Virus record (IMG/VR): IMGVR_UViG_3300032038_000026
Source of the DNA: an uncultured virus (IMG/VR IMGVR_UViG_3300032038_000026)
Lineage: Duplodnaviria; Heunggongvirae; Uroviricota; Caudoviricetes
Direction: 5' to 3' (one strand)
DNA: 53,970 bases
Positions 1-11,154 of this stretch are shown piece after piece (the first letter of the stretch is position 1; each line of letters opens with the position of its first letter). The notes beneath the pieces were generated by a model. The model searched no databases and was not told the DNA's origin. It saw nothing but the letters and a program-made list of their open reading frames with translations. Made by a program: the position numbers and the translations under genes.

Positions 1-865
1 GCCGCAGATTCATGACTTTATGGAGAGTTTGCCGAATGGAACTGTTTTACTTTCCGAGTGTTATTTACCTGGTAATGAGGGAAGTCAGAAGATCACCGGA
101 CTTCTTGGATGTTTGAAGGATAGATGTATAGAACGTCAAGAGAAAGGTCAGAAGCTTCATTTTTATATTTTTGATGTGATGGCTTGGGCCGGAAGCGATT
201 TCACAAAGGTTCCTTTTGAGCAAAGAGTTAATTTTCTTAGCGATATTGAATATGGTTATTCTACAAGTGAATATATTGAATGGGCTACATATTATGAAGG
301 TAAAGAACTTTGGAATCATCTTCAAGATTATCTTGCATCTGGCCGCGAAGGTATGGTAATCATGCGCAAAGATGCCCCAGTATATTTTAAACGTACGCCC
401 GCGCGCGTAAGTCTTAAAATTAAGAAAGAACTTCGAGAGTCAATTGATTGTTTCTTTACTGGTAAGGCGGCCGCGCCTACAAAGTATTATACTGGTAAAG
501 AAATCGAATCGTGGAAGTATTGGATTAATGAAACGACTGGAGAAACTCTTCAAGAAGGGAATCACTATTATGAGTCCTCTATTGAAGGAAAGCCATATTC
601 TGCGGTGACGAAGCCTTTTTACTATCACTGGGCTGGTAGTTTGGAAATTGGTGTGATGGATGGCGATAAAGAAGTGGGTATTGGTTATCTTAGTGGACTT
701 ACTGATGAAGTCAAAGCTAATTATAAAGATTATACCCATTATGTAATTGAAGTTGGAGCTATGCAGTTGACACCAGACGGCGCGCTGCGGCATGGGAAAA
801 TGCTTGGGTGGCGGCCGGATAAACCTTGGCGCGAATGTAGTATTGAACAAATTAAGAATATGTAA
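1..865 (+). CDS. ATP-dependent DNA ligase, 5'-truncated by the window edge
   Basis: Nucleotidyltransferase motifs FYIFDVM (IIIa), EGMVIMR (IV), SLKIKK (V) and OB-domain motif VI LRHGKMLGWRPDK. Confidence 0.8.
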   Translation, partial: PQIHDFMESLPNGTVLLSECYLPGNEGSQKITGLLGCLKDRCIERQEKGQKLHFYIFDVMAWAGSDFTKVPFEQRVNFLSDIEYGYSTSEYIEWATYYEGKELWNHLQDYLASGREGMVIMRKDAPVYFKRTPARVSLKIKKELRESIDCFFTGKAAAPTKYYTGKEIESWKYWINETTGETLQEGNHYYESSIEGKPYSAVTKPFYYHWAGSLEIGVMDGDKEVGIGYLSGLTDEVKANYKDYTHYVIEVGAMQLTPDGALRHGKMLGWRPDKPWRECSIEQIKNM

Positions 866-884
866 TTATTAGATTTTGTTTATT

Positions 885-910
885 TTATCCTCACTTCATA
901 GTGAGGATAA
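885..910 (+). terminator. Hairpin, probable intrinsic terminator
   Basis: ttatcctcact/agtgaggataa inverted repeat after the ligase stop. Confidence 0.5.
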
Positions 911-933
911 TTCTAATATAAAGGAGGATAAAG

Positions 934-1338
934 ATGCCTAAAAATATTTTAAAATCTATTTTTAACATTAATGCTAAAAATAATAATGATTCCTATTGTA
1001 GAGTAAAATTTACTCGTACAGATAATGGTTGGGAAACCGATAAGACTTATGAAGAAGTTATGAGGGCCTATTATGCGAATTCTTATATTGAGGCAGAAAT
1101 ACCAAATGAGGGTGTATTAGATGAAGTGCTTCTTATCCCTCTTCGTTTTGTAAATACACATGGCTGGCTTACAAGTATTACTTTTTATTGGGAACGTACT
1201 TTCGTACCACCTGGTGGTTATGGTGATGTTACAGTTTATTCTGTTGAAGCAATAATGCAACATGGGAATAGTATGGTGGATTTTAATGAAAAAAAATTCC
1301 CAGCTTGTACTTGCGGGCGAGACCCAGTTCCTGTATAA
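934..1338 (+). CDS. Hypothetical protein
   Basis: AAGGAGG SD; DKTYEEV motif resembles NKTFQEI of the genes at 2367 and 2845. Confidence 0.7.
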   Translation: MPKNILKSIFNINAKNNNDSYCRVKFTRTDNGWETDKTYEEVMRAYYANSYIEAEIPNEGVLDEVLLIPLRFVNTHGWLTSITFYWERTFVPPGGYGDVTVYSVEAIMQHGNSMVDFNEKKFPACTCGRDPVPV

Positions 1339-1425
1339 GTAAGATTTAAAAAGTAAAATACTTATGTAATTTTATTTGAATATTTCTTTTTATATAGTCT
1401 ACATCGTAAAATTCCACTTTTAAAT

Positions 1426-1821
1426 ATGAGTAAAGTAGAAGATAGATTTTCCCAAATTTTTGTATCTGCTAATATCCCATATATTCGAGAGAAAACCTTT
1501 CCTGAATTAAAAAATGGAATTTTACGATATGACTTTTATCTCCCAACTTTTAACATATTAGTTGAAATAGATTCGATGCTTCATTTTAAACCGATTCCTA
1601 AATTTCATAAGTCTAAAACTGATTTTACACATGCTTAGTAGAATGACCGTTTAAAAAATAGCTTCGCGCTTTCACATAATATAAAATTATATCGTATTCC
1701 AGAATGGGAATTTTAGAATATAAAAACATTTACAGATATATTACAACCAAAATTTTTAGTAAAAGATAAATGGCATAACGACCGTATATATCGTGAATAT
1801 TTAAAGGGCAATTAGCCCTAA
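1426..1821 (+). CDS. DUF559/Vsr-like endonuclease (TAG=Gln readthrough)
   Basis: LRYDFYLP..LVEIDS..HF continues through TAG TAG into NDRLKNSFALSHNIKLYRIP, the usual C-terminus of this family; TAA at 1819. Confidence 0.75.
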
Positions 1822-1843
1822 TTTTTATGTGGAGGCCATAAAA

Positions 1844-2344
1844 ATGTTTGAAAATATAAATTTATAGGAGGTCTGCAATATAATAATTCTTGTAAGTGCA
1901 GTTATTATTGCAGTAAAAAACATTTATGGGTTTTTGAAAAAACCAGTAGATGACCTCCATGGTCGTGCTCAATCAGCAGAAGAAAAACATATAGAAGAAG
2001 TTTTAGAAAAAAAATTGCCGGAAATGGTAAATGATAGTCATGAGAATATTATTGATTCTCTTGAGGAAATAAAAGGTTTAGTTCTTGATTAGTAGCATAG
2101 TTTTGATAAAATTCAAAAATCAGTTGATTTATTAAATGTTTCTCAAATGGATTTAATGCGGTATAATATGAATAGACTTTATTATAAATATCGTCCTTTT
2201 AAAAAAATTCTTGATTGTGATAAAAAAGCTTTTATAAAATTATACAAAGATTATCATGATATGGGTGGTAATACATGGATTGATAGTTTACATAATGAAG
2301 TTATGCATTGGGAAATAGTTGAAGATGAAGCTGAATTAAATTAA
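1844..2344 (+). CDS. Membrane-anchored hypothetical protein (TAG readthrough)
   Basis: GGAGG SD, N-terminal hydrophobic helix, 3 in-frame TAG joining the supplied 2147 ORF. Confidence 0.7.
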
Positions 2345-2366
2345 AATTGTAGGAGGCAATAAAAAA

Positions 2367-2747
2367 ATGGAAGAACTTATTAATAATATTATGAATACTC
2401 CAGAAAATACAAATCCAAATGTACTTAGAGGATAGTTAGAGACTATAGGGAATAATAGTAATGGTGGTATATTTGTTGTTGAAGATAATGATGGAACACT
2501 AAATAAAACTTTTCAAGAAATATATGATGCTTTAGATAATGACCAGTTTGTTATGGTTAAAGCAACTTACCCTATTGAAGAAAATATACCTGCATATGCA
2601 CTTAATTATGTTGAAAGTGCAGGTCCGAGCTCTGATTTAGGTCATGATGGATATATAATTCATATTTCCGGTATTCATGAGTCTCCGTATTACGCAGATA
2701 CTATGGATGATTATCCGTCGTCCGGTGAGACAGAAGTCTTTAGATAA
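2367..2747 (+). CDS. Hypothetical protein with PENTNPNV motif (TAG readthrough)
   Basis: AGGAGG SD, one TAG, in frame with the 2553 ORF; paralogous to 2845 and 29917-30414. Confidence 0.7.
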
Positions 2748-2844
2748 TGACGGCGAGCACAGCGTTAAATGATGGAACCAATCAACTGATATACGCTTTC
2801 TTATCATCTTAACTTTAACTCAAAGTTAAATAGGAGGATTAGAA

Positions 2845-3135
2845 ATGAAAGAAAACATTAATTCGAATATACTTATTATTGAAGATAATGATGGAATATT
2901 AAATAAAACTTTTCAAGAAATATATAATGCTGTAAGTAATGGACAGGTTGTTGTAGTTAAAAAGACAACAGGTATAATTGGATATGCAATAGCACTTATT
3001 ACATATATAGGTCCAAGTGAATTTGGATAGAGTAAATATTTTGTTGCAGTAGATATGAATGAATACCATGCAGATTCATTAACTGACTATCCTGGGCCAC
3101 TAAAGGAAGAAGAAGAAAACTTGACAATTAAATAA
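2845..3135 (+). CDS. Hypothetical protein, paralog of 2367 (TAG readthrough)
   Basis: EDNDGxLNKTFQEIY shared; past the TAG, YHADSLTDYP matches YYADTMDDYP of the paralog. Confidence 0.7.
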
Positions 3136-3200
3136 ATATATGATATAATATACATAGAATAGAAATCTATGTATATTTTTTTATTGGAGCGAAAGGAGTA

Positions 3201-4211
3201 ATGGATTTTTCAATTAATTATATATTTTGTTTTATAAGTTTACTATTATTTGTTGTTGGAATTATTTTTCTTATTAAAGGTTTTAAAGAAAGTAATCTTA
3301 CAATTTAGAAGGCCGCGGCTGAACATATAGAATATATAAAGTAGTTAACAAAAGAATAGGAAGAAGAATACAATCATCTACTTCATTGTCGAAGCGAATT
3401 AGAAGATGATATAGGTGAGTTAAAAAAATAGCGCGAGCTTGAGTAGGAACGCGCGCGGGAAGCAAAAGAAAATACAGATAGATTATTGAAGTCAGAAGAA
3501 GGGCGATTAAATGCTGAACTTCAACGTAAAAAAGAGTTTGAAGAAATTAAATTTGAATAGGAAAAAGAAAAAAGACAAGAAGCTATCAATCTTTATTTTA
3601 ATAGATTAAATGTATAGGCAGAAACTATCTATAAACAAAAGAAAGAAGAATTATAGACAGAAATTGCATTATTATAGTCTTAGTTTAATGATTTTAAAAT
3701 TCGTCAAGATTCAATAAATGAAGCTATACTTCGTGAAAAAGAATTGAAAGAAAAAGAAGATTTTTATTCTATTCAAGTATCTGAAAATGATAAAGAAGAT
3801 ATAAAAGTTTTGTAGTCAATGGATTTAAAACTCCATAATAGAGATGTAATTCCAAAACTAATTTGGGAATTATACATACGGCGGCCATGTCAAGAAATGA
3901 TTAAACGAATAACGGGTGGCCGAAAAGTTAGTGGCATTTATAAAATCACAAATAAAGAAACTGGTGAAGCCTATATCGGTAAAACCACTGATATATCTAC
4001 TCGTTGGCAAAATCATTGTAAGACTACAATTGGTCTTGAAGGTGCCGCGCGAGCAACATTACATAATCGCTTGGCGCAAGATGGGCTTTGGAATTATACT
4101 TTTGAAATAATAGAAGAAGTAGATAAAGAAAATTTATCTTCAAGAGAAGCATTTTATATAGACCTTTATGGGACAAAACAATAGTTAAATATGAAAGACG
4201 GGAGTAAATAA
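3201..4211 (+). CDS. Transmembrane plus coiled-coil protein with C-terminal GIY-YIG domain (many TAG)
   Basis: AAAGGAG SD; open from 3201 when TAG=Gln; SGIYKIT..YIGKT..RWQNH motif; TAA abuts the helicase ATG. Confidence 0.75.
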
Positions 4212-5249
4212 ATGAAACTTAGTAAATTACAAGAAAAAATTGTTAATGCACCAGAACCGTGTATTGTAGTTCATGCGGCAGCCGCGGCAGGTAAGACGGC
4301 GGTACTTACTGAACGTGTTCGTAAAATGTTGCGTGATGGTATAAATCCATCAGATATAGCTGTTATTACTTTTACCAATTTAGCTGCGCAGGAGCTTCGA
4401 GACCGTCTTGCTAGCGATTATAAAAATGGAATTTATATTGGTACGATTCATGGACTTGCAAATTATTTTCTACTTTCAAATGGAATTGATACAAGTGATT
4501 TAATCGAAGATAAAGAATTTGATATGTTTTTTGAACGTATCGAAGACAATCCATTTTGCGTTAAACATATAAAACATATTTTGCTTGATGAGGCTCAAGA
4601 TACATCCCCAGCCGAATGTAAATTTATTTTTGAAATGATTCAGCCAGAGACTTTTTTTATTGTAGGTGATTTGCGGCAAAGTATTTATTCTTTTAAAGGA
4701 TGTGACCCAGATCTTTTTGAAAATTTAATGAGAGATTCAAATGTAAAGGTATATAGCCTTAATGAAAATTATCGTAATGGTGAAAATATTCTTAGATATG
4801 CTAAAAAAATCCTTCAAAAAAGTTGTATGACTGATGACTCTATTGCTATACGGCATGGCGGCATGGTATGGGAAGGAGATGCTACTTTTGATAATTTAAA
4901 AGGCTGGATACAACGTAAGGGAGAATTTAGAGATTGGGCAGTTTTATGTACAACAAATGGTACTATTGCTGAATTACAAGGTAAGTTTGAAAAAATTGGT
5001 ATCCCATCTGTAACTTTTAAACAGGGAGAAGTTGATAAATCAAAGCTTGAAGAATTAATGAACTCAAATGCTGTAAAAGTTTTGACTTATTGGAGTGCAA
5101 AGGGATTAGAGTTTCCTTATGTCGCTGCATGGGAACCAAAGAATTGGGGTGGCGATGAAACATGTAGAGTAAATTATGTTGGAGCCACGCGCGCGAAAGA
5201 TATTTTACTTTGGATGGAAGCAAAAAAGAAAAAGGATAAGTGGTTTTAA
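4212..5249 (+). CDS. Compact UvrD/Rep-family SF1 helicase
   Basis: AAAGKT, ITFTNLAA, LDEAQD, VGDLRQSIY, ENYR, SAKGLEF, YVGATRAK. Confidence 0.9.
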   Translation: MKLSKLQEKIVNAPEPCIVVHAAAAAGKTAVLTERVRKMLRDGINPSDIAVITFTNLAAQELRDRLASDYKNGIYIGTIHGLANYFLLSNGIDTSDLIEDKEFDMFFERIEDNPFCVKHIKHILLDEAQDTSPAECKFIFEMIQPETFFIVGDLRQSIYSFKGCDPDLFENLMRDSNVKVYSLNENYRNGENILRYAKKILQKSCMTDDSIAIRHGGMVWEGDATFDNLKGWIQRKGEFRDWAVLCTTNGTIAELQGKFEKIGIPSVTFKQGEVDKSKLEELMNSNAVKVLTYWSAKGLEFPYVAAWEPKNWGGDETCRVNYVGATRAKDILLWMEAKKKKDKWF

Positions 5250-5261
5250 TCACTTATCCTT
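5232..5261. terminator. Bidirectional terminator between convergent helicase and endolysin
   Basis: aaggataagtg/cacttatcctt inverted repeat. Confidence 0.65.
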
Positions 5262-5264
5262 TCA

Positions 5265-6077
5265 TTATGAATAATTCCATAAAGCAGTAAAAGCTTCTTG
5301 ACCAAATTCACCGTCTATTTCTATGCCGGCTTTTGTTTGAAAATCTTTTAATGCTTTAAATGTATTATCCTCAAATTTACCATCAACTTTACATTTAAAA
5401 CCTTTTGCATTTAATAAAGACTACATACTACTAACTTGTGGGCCATAATCTCCTTTTTTAAGGAGATTTATTTTTATGTTATAAGTATATGGTTGATATT
5501 TTTTGGGTGTTGTTTGTATAGTTGTAGTGGTTGATTTTTTTTGTTGAATTGGAGTGTTTTGAATGAAATTACCTTGTGCGACTAAACTCCATTTTGGTCT
5601 ACCAAAACCAGCAACTTTATTATTTCCACGGTTATATGTCCTGCGCGCAACCTAGTCACTTGAATTACCTTCAATAGTAGTAAAACTAGTCCAACTTGCA
5701 CCAGAGCCAACTACGCTTTCAACTAAACCTGTATGATTTATAGCTCCATTATTAAAGAAGAAAACTTGGTCACCAGGCTATGGATAATTATAGAAAGAAT
5801 TATTCTTTTCGTAGAATGAAGCACTTGTGCTACATAAAGCTGAGCCGCTGCCAATAGTTTGATATGTCATGGCCGCGCCAATTTGTAAACCAAATGTTTC
5901 ACAGAAGCACCAGTCAACAAATACATCGCACCATGGTTGATTTTGTAATTCCCAACCATAAAATTGGTTATCCCAACTTCCTTGTGCGTACTTTATGTAA
6001 TTGTTATAGCCTTCATGATAATTCATTTCGGTACGTGCGGTATCTAATAGTTTATTTACTGCTTCTTGTAAGGTCAT
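5265..6077 (-). CDS. Endolysin: CHAP domain plus peptidoglycan-binding domain (3 in-frame TAG)
   Basis: QPWCDVFV, then past TAG PGDQVFF..HTGLVE..TIEGNS; C-terminal LLKKGDYG..VDGKF..FQ..IDGEFG. Confidence 0.88.
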
Positions 6078-6086
6078 AATATCACC

Positions 6087-6407
6087 TTATTTTACATTGA
6101 TTTCTTTTGAGACATCACAAATTTTATCAATCATGTCACTTACAACATCCCAATCAATGTCATAATTTAGAGTGTTGGCCATAGCTTTTAATTCACCCAT
6201 AACCCACTCTTTTTTATCTGCGCCGTTGTCGAATTTATCTTCGGCTTCAGCCATTAGATTCATGACAAGTTTTAACATTTGATTCCAATTCTTTTCTTTT
6301 GTACTCTTTTTAACGTAATCAATTAATTTGACCATTAAAGGAACGAGTACAGCAATACCGCTAAGAATGGAGATAATAGCTTGAATCCAAAAATTAAAGT
6401 GTTCCAT
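6087..6407 (-). CDS. Probable holin
   Basis: N-terminal TM helix, AEDKF..GADKKEWV pattern, directly upstream of the endolysin. Confidence 0.7.
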   Translation of the reverse strand: MEHFNFWIQAIISILSGIAVLVPLMVKLIDYVKKSTKEKNWNQMLKLVMNLMAEAEDKFDNGADKKEWVMGELKAMANTLNYDIDWDVVSDMIDKICDVSKEINVK

Positions 6408-6417
6408 AAGAGCCTCC

Positions 6418-6699
6418 TTATATATTATTCATTTCTTCCATTTCTTTCATTAATTCTCTTTGCCGCGCTTCATCTTCTAATTGTTGAGCGCGTCTTTTAT
6501 TGTTTTCTTTTACTGTTTTAATCCAACCCATAAAACCGCACTCACCAGTAAAAGCACCAAAAAAAGAAATAATTAAAGTATCGGGTGTTCCACCTGTAAA
6601 AATATATAATAATATCATTGTGATAGTAAATACTATTAGTGTCCAAAACATTATGATAAGAATTTTATCCATTGTTTTTTCACTATTTAAATTTAGCAT
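6418..6699 (-). CDS. Two-TM membrane protein of the lysis cassette
   Basis: Two hydrophobic helices, charged tail, SD-like GAAGGTGA before ATG at 6699. Confidence 0.65.
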   Translation of the reverse strand: MLNLNSEKTMDKILIIMFWTLIVFTITMILLYIFTGGTPDTLIISFFGAFTGECGFMGWIKTVKENNKRRAQQLEDEARQRELMKEMEEMNNI

Positions 6700-6849
6700 A
6701 GAATCACCTTCTTGTAATAATAAGTAGTTAATAATTTTATTTACTATATAAAAATAATGTAACCTATTAATAATTTGCATTTATATAGTATCTTATCTAC
6801 TTAATTATGTCAAAAATTTTGATAAATAAAATTAGGAGGTACATTTATT

Positions 6850-7473
6850 ATGAATGATACCGAATTTGTATTTGATTTGCCAGAAGATCTATTTGATACA
6901 AAACTTCCAAATACTTATAGTATTAAATATTATAGAGATTTAAAAAATCGTATTATTTGGATTAATGATGAAATCACTGGTGAACTTACTTATGAAATTG
7001 TACATTATATTATGAAATGGAATAGAGAAGATAAAGATATTCCAGAAATGGAACGTAAACCAATTCGTTTAATGTTTGATAGTCCTGGCGGCGATTTAGA
7101 TGCATAGGCCGCGATTTGTAGTGTTATTGAGTTATCTAAAACTCCTGTAATTGGTATTGCTATTGGTCTTGTAGCAAGTGCAGCTTCTCTTATTTATTTA
7201 AGTTGCCATATGCGTTTGGCATTAAAGTCAAGCTATTTTATTTTGCACAAAGGAAGCGCTGCGCTTAGTGGCGATTTTGAAAATATAATGAACTCTATTG
7301 ACGATTATAGAAAAGAAGTTGAAAAGATGGTAAACTTTATTATTGAACGCTCTAATTATACTAAAGAAGAAGTTGAAGAGCATATTAAGAAGGATTGGTA
7401 TGTACGCGCACCTCAAGCATTAGAAAAAGGTTTGGTTGATGAAATTATAACTGATATTAATGCTTTACTATGA
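6850..7473 (+). CDS. clpP: ClpP-like protease (one TAG readthrough)
   Basis: PIRLMFDSPGGDL, then VASAASLIYL (catalytic Ser region) and FILH; joins supplied ORFs 6850 and 7210 in frame. Confidence 0.85.
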
Positions 7474-7476
7474 GGG

Positions 7477-8310
7477 GTGGAAATTGTGTATACTGGATAT
7501 AAAGAATTTATTTATACAGATAATGATTTATCAAATTTTTATACAGATCCAAATTCTTTAGCTGGGAAGTTTATTGAGAATGAATATTTACTTATAAGTG
7601 ATATGGATGGGAAGGTAGTTGATAAATATTGCTATCAAGATGGAAAATTTAGGAAAGTTTTATTTCCAACTATTAATAATAAATATTCAAAATCAATAAA
7701 ACCAAGAAATGACCAATAGGTTTTAGCCTTAGATTTACTTCAAAATCGTATTTCAAAAGTAAAATTAGTGCGTGGGGTATATGGTTCTGGTAAAGATTTT
7801 CTTATGTTAAATTAGGCACTTGAATATATTGAAAGCGGAATGTTTAATAAAATTGTATATGTGCGCCCTAATGTAACTGTGGCTAATGTGCCTGACATTG
7901 GATATTTAAAAGGGAGCCTTGAAGAGAAACTTGAATGGACTTTGGCGCCGTTATATGATAAAGTAGGTGGCCGCGAAGGTGTAGATAGATTAATTGAGGA
8001 AGGACTAATTGAAATGGTTCCTTTACTCCATATTCGCGGGCGTAGCTTTGAAAATAGTTTGATTTATGTTTGTGAAGCACAAAATATTACTACTGAAATT
8101 GCAAAACTAATTATTAGCCGTGTCGGTGAAGGGAGTGAATTGTGGCTTAACTCTGATACTCATCAAGTAGACCATAAAGTATATGAGAAAGACAACGGTA
8201 TAATTAAAATGATAGACAAATTAAGTGGTAATAAATTATTTGGATATGTATATTTACCAAAAACAGAACGTGGCGAAGTTGCTGAGTTAGCCACATTATT
8301 AGATGATTAA
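7477..8310 (+). CDS. phoH: PhoH-family ATPase (TAG readthrough)
   Basis: KPRNDQ, Walker A GVYGSGKD lies between the two supplied ORFs, IGYLKG, IRGRSF, EAQN, SDTHQVD. Confidence 0.88.
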
Positions 8311-8529
8311 AGGAGAGGGCAACCTCTCCTTTAAATTTGAAATAAAAGAAAAATTTTGATATAATATAAATAGAAATGAAAGGAGAAAGATTATGACATA
8401 TATACAAACTTTGCATCTTACGGGTGATAGAGAAATTTATCGCGTGTATGTAGTTACAGATAATTATGCACATTTTAAGTATTGTACATTTGATGAAGTA
8501 ATGTATATTCTTTCTACAAAGGAGTAAAA

Positions 8530-9372
8530 ATGATTAAAAATTGGTTAGTGCGTGGAGATACGCATGGAAATTTTGACTGGATGAATAATGGTTGTCTGAA
8601 TGATTATGTACCTAAAGAGACAGCAATTATAATTCTCGGCGATGCTGGATTTTTGTTCTGGTTAAATAAAAATGAACATCGTCATAATATTGAGATTAGT
8701 AATAAAGGTTATACTATTTATGCCCTACGTGGAAATCACGAAAGTCGAGTAACTAATTTGGATGGCTGGGAACTGGTATATGATTATAATGTAGAAAATA
8801 ATGTATATATATTTCCAGATATGCCTAATATTCGTTTTCTTTTAGATTATGGTGCATATAACTTCGGTGGCTATTATTGCTATGTAATTGGTGGTGCATA
8901 TTCTGTTGATAAGTGGTATCGTCTTGGGCGCTTAAATATGACACCAGAGACTAATATTCCTACTAAATCCGGTTGGTTTGCAGACGAGCAACTTACTGCA
9001 AAAGAAATGGAAGAAGCGGAAAATGAAATAAATTATATTAAATATAATGATGGTAAACAGTTTGATTTTATTCTTTCCCATACTTGTCCTTATTCTTTAC
9101 GGCCCATAGACATGTTCTTGTCTGGAATAGATCAATCAAAAGTAGATAATAGTATGGAATTTTGGATGGATAAAATTTATCAAAAAAATCGTGGTAAAAC
9201 TATTTGGCTTTGGGGGCATTATCATAACGATCGTGTTGAAGCGCCACGTTGTGAAATGTTTTTTAATGATATAGAGAAGCTTGATGATGTGGCCGCGCGC
9301 TGGAAGCGTTATGACGAAACGGGAGAACTCGATTGGTGGATAAAAAAGAGTCCTAATTTTGACTTTTCATAA
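8530..9372 (+). CDS. Calcineurin-like metallophosphoesterase
   Basis: GDTHG, LGDAG, LRGNHE, LSHTCP, WGHYH. Confidence 0.88.
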   Translation: MIKNWLVRGDTHGNFDWMNNGCLNDYVPKETAIIILGDAGFLFWLNKNEHRHNIEISNKGYTIYALRGNHESRVTNLDGWELVYDYNVENNVYIFPDMPNIRFLLDYGAYNFGGYYCYVIGGAYSVDKWYRLGRLNMTPETNIPTKSGWFADEQLTAKEMEEAENEINYIKYNDGKQFDFILSHTCPYSLRPIDMFLSGIDQSKVDNSMEFWMDKIYQKNRGKTIWLWGHYHNDRVEAPRCEMFFNDIEKLDDVAARWKRYDETGELDWWIKKSPNFDFS

Positions 9373-9418
9373 AATTTATTGTATAATATATATAGAAAGT
9401 TGAAAAGGAAATAACAAA

Positions 9419-9619
9419 ATGAGAGATAAGAAATATATTACACGAGTTCTAAATGAGCTTGGGCGTATGTGGGAATCATATCCAGATAAAAGCTTTGGGG
9501 AACTACTAACGGCTTTTGCGCCCAATCTGTTTTATGATGATGATGAACTTATTAGTATTATGAAAACAAATATTTATCTTAATCTTGTAAAGGAGTATAA
9601 AAATGGCGAAGCGAGATAA
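9419..9619 (+). CDS. Hypothetical protein
   Basis: ORF after a sigmaA-like promoter and SD. Confidence 0.6.
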   Translation: MRDKKYITRVLNELGRMWESYPDKSFGELLTAFAPNLFYDDDELISIMKTNIYLNLVKEYKNGEAR

Positions 9620-9760
9620 AAATCGTTCATATATGGAATGGGAATATGAGTGGCAAGAAAGCGCCCGTGAGGAAGAGGATCGCAAAAATCGTGAAAAGGA
9701 GCGGCGTGCGAAGAAACTCCAGAGTCATAAATATACTACTGACGATTGGGACGATGTTGA

Positions 9761-10042
9761 ATGAAACGAGTAACTCAAGATGATATAATTGCAATGAATG
9801 AAGCATATCTGGCCTGTGGCACATATAGTGGCGCGGCCAAGGCTACAGGCTGGAGTGCTTCTACTGTAAAGAAGTATATTATTGATGGCTATAAAAGTGA
9901 GCAAAAAGTTGAAGCCGTTGATATTGAACTTCCACCTATTGAAGAAATTGCAGATAGATTGCCGCCTTGGTATGATATTACTTGTTTGACTCCGGAAGAG
10001 GAAAAAGAAATTAAGCAACTTTGGGGAGAAATGCTTATATGA
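9761..10042 (+). CDS. Small HTH-like protein
   Basis: TYSGAAKATGWSASTVKKY helix-turn-helix pattern. Confidence 0.6.
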   Translation: MKRVTQDDIIAMNEAYLACGTYSGAAKATGWSASTVKKYIIDGYKSEQKVEAVDIELPPIEEIADRLPPWYDITCLTPEEEKEIKQLWGEMLI

Positions 10043-10353
10043 AGTCTTATTTTGTATTTCGTGAGAGCAGTAATAATGGATGGACGATTTGTCCTGTCCA
10101 TAAAGAATGGCTTGGCGCAGATATGGATAAGTCTATTAATGGAAGTTTTGCGCTTCTTGCATGTAGGGTCAGTGGACTTAGTTGGCTTCAGTGGTTAAGA
10201 TATTGTAGACAGAATGGGGCTACTCTATATGGCAAGGGGCATAAGTACCCTGTTGCTATTTGGAAAGAACCGAATAAAGAGTTTCTTAATAAACTTAACG
10301 CGCGAGCGAATGAACTTGCAAAAGTAATAAATTTTGAGGAGTTGCATCTTTAA
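10039..10353 (+). CDS. Hypothetical protein
   Basis: ATGA overlap with the previous stop. Confidence 0.6.
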   Translation: MKSYFVFRESSNNGWTICPVHKEWLGADMDKSINGSFALLACRVSGLSWLQWLRYCRQNGATLYGKGHKYPVAIWKEPNKEFLNKLNARANELAKVINFEELHL

Positions 10354-10495
10354 TGAGCAAAGAAATCTTTAAAAAGACTGGTGAAGAGCTTCAAGAATTT
10401 TTGGCTTTTCGTAAGCGTGGCTCACGAATAAAAAATAAGAAGGGTAAAGGGTCTTATAATAGGCAAGACTTTAAGAAAGTGAGGTGATGTGGTCC

Positions 10496-10961
10496 ATGAA
10501 AGTTATTTTCTTGGACGTTTAGCGTTGATGGAGTATTAAATTGCCGGCACACCCGTACAAGAACATCTGATGGCTGGTGCTTTGTAGATGATTATCTTGT
10601 TCGGCGACTCAGAGAATTGGTTGTACGTAGTGGCGCGCGAGTGGTGTTGAGTTCTACTTGGCGCGAAGGATGGAATCAAGAAGATGAAACTAAGAATGAT
10701 ATATCTTTTATTGAGCTTCGTAATAAGCTCAATGAATTTGGTATTGAAATTTTTGACCGCACTGGTGAACATCGAATTGATAGGTGGCGTGCGATTAAGG
10801 AATATATGGAGCGGCCGCGCGAAGACCCAATTGAGCATTATGTTATTATAGATGACTGGGATGATATGGGTGAATATATTAGTCATCTTGTGTGGACAAA
10901 TCCATCTACTGGTCTGACTGATGAAGATGTTGAAGAAGCTTTAAGAATTTTAGAGATTTAA
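10496..10961 (+). pseudogene. HAD-family phosphatase (Swiss Army Knife RNA-repair type) frameshifted by 7 extra nt
   Basis: MKVIFLDV in one frame and DGVLN..VVLSSTWR..YVIIDD..GLT in another; removing TAGCGTT at 10520-10526 restores FLDVDGVLN. Confidence 0.7.
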
Positions 10962-11154
10962 AATTTGATTTTTCTTTAAATTTATTATATAATATATATG
11001 TAAGATGAAGAAAGGAGATAAATCAAAATGTTCGATGATTTTGACACTCAGATTCAGGTTGAGGAAATTATTCCAGAAGAGTATGAGGATTGGCTTCGTT
11101 TCTGCGCGGGAGCGTATGAAGCAAGTGAAGAAGAAGGTAAAAGTGATATTTAAT

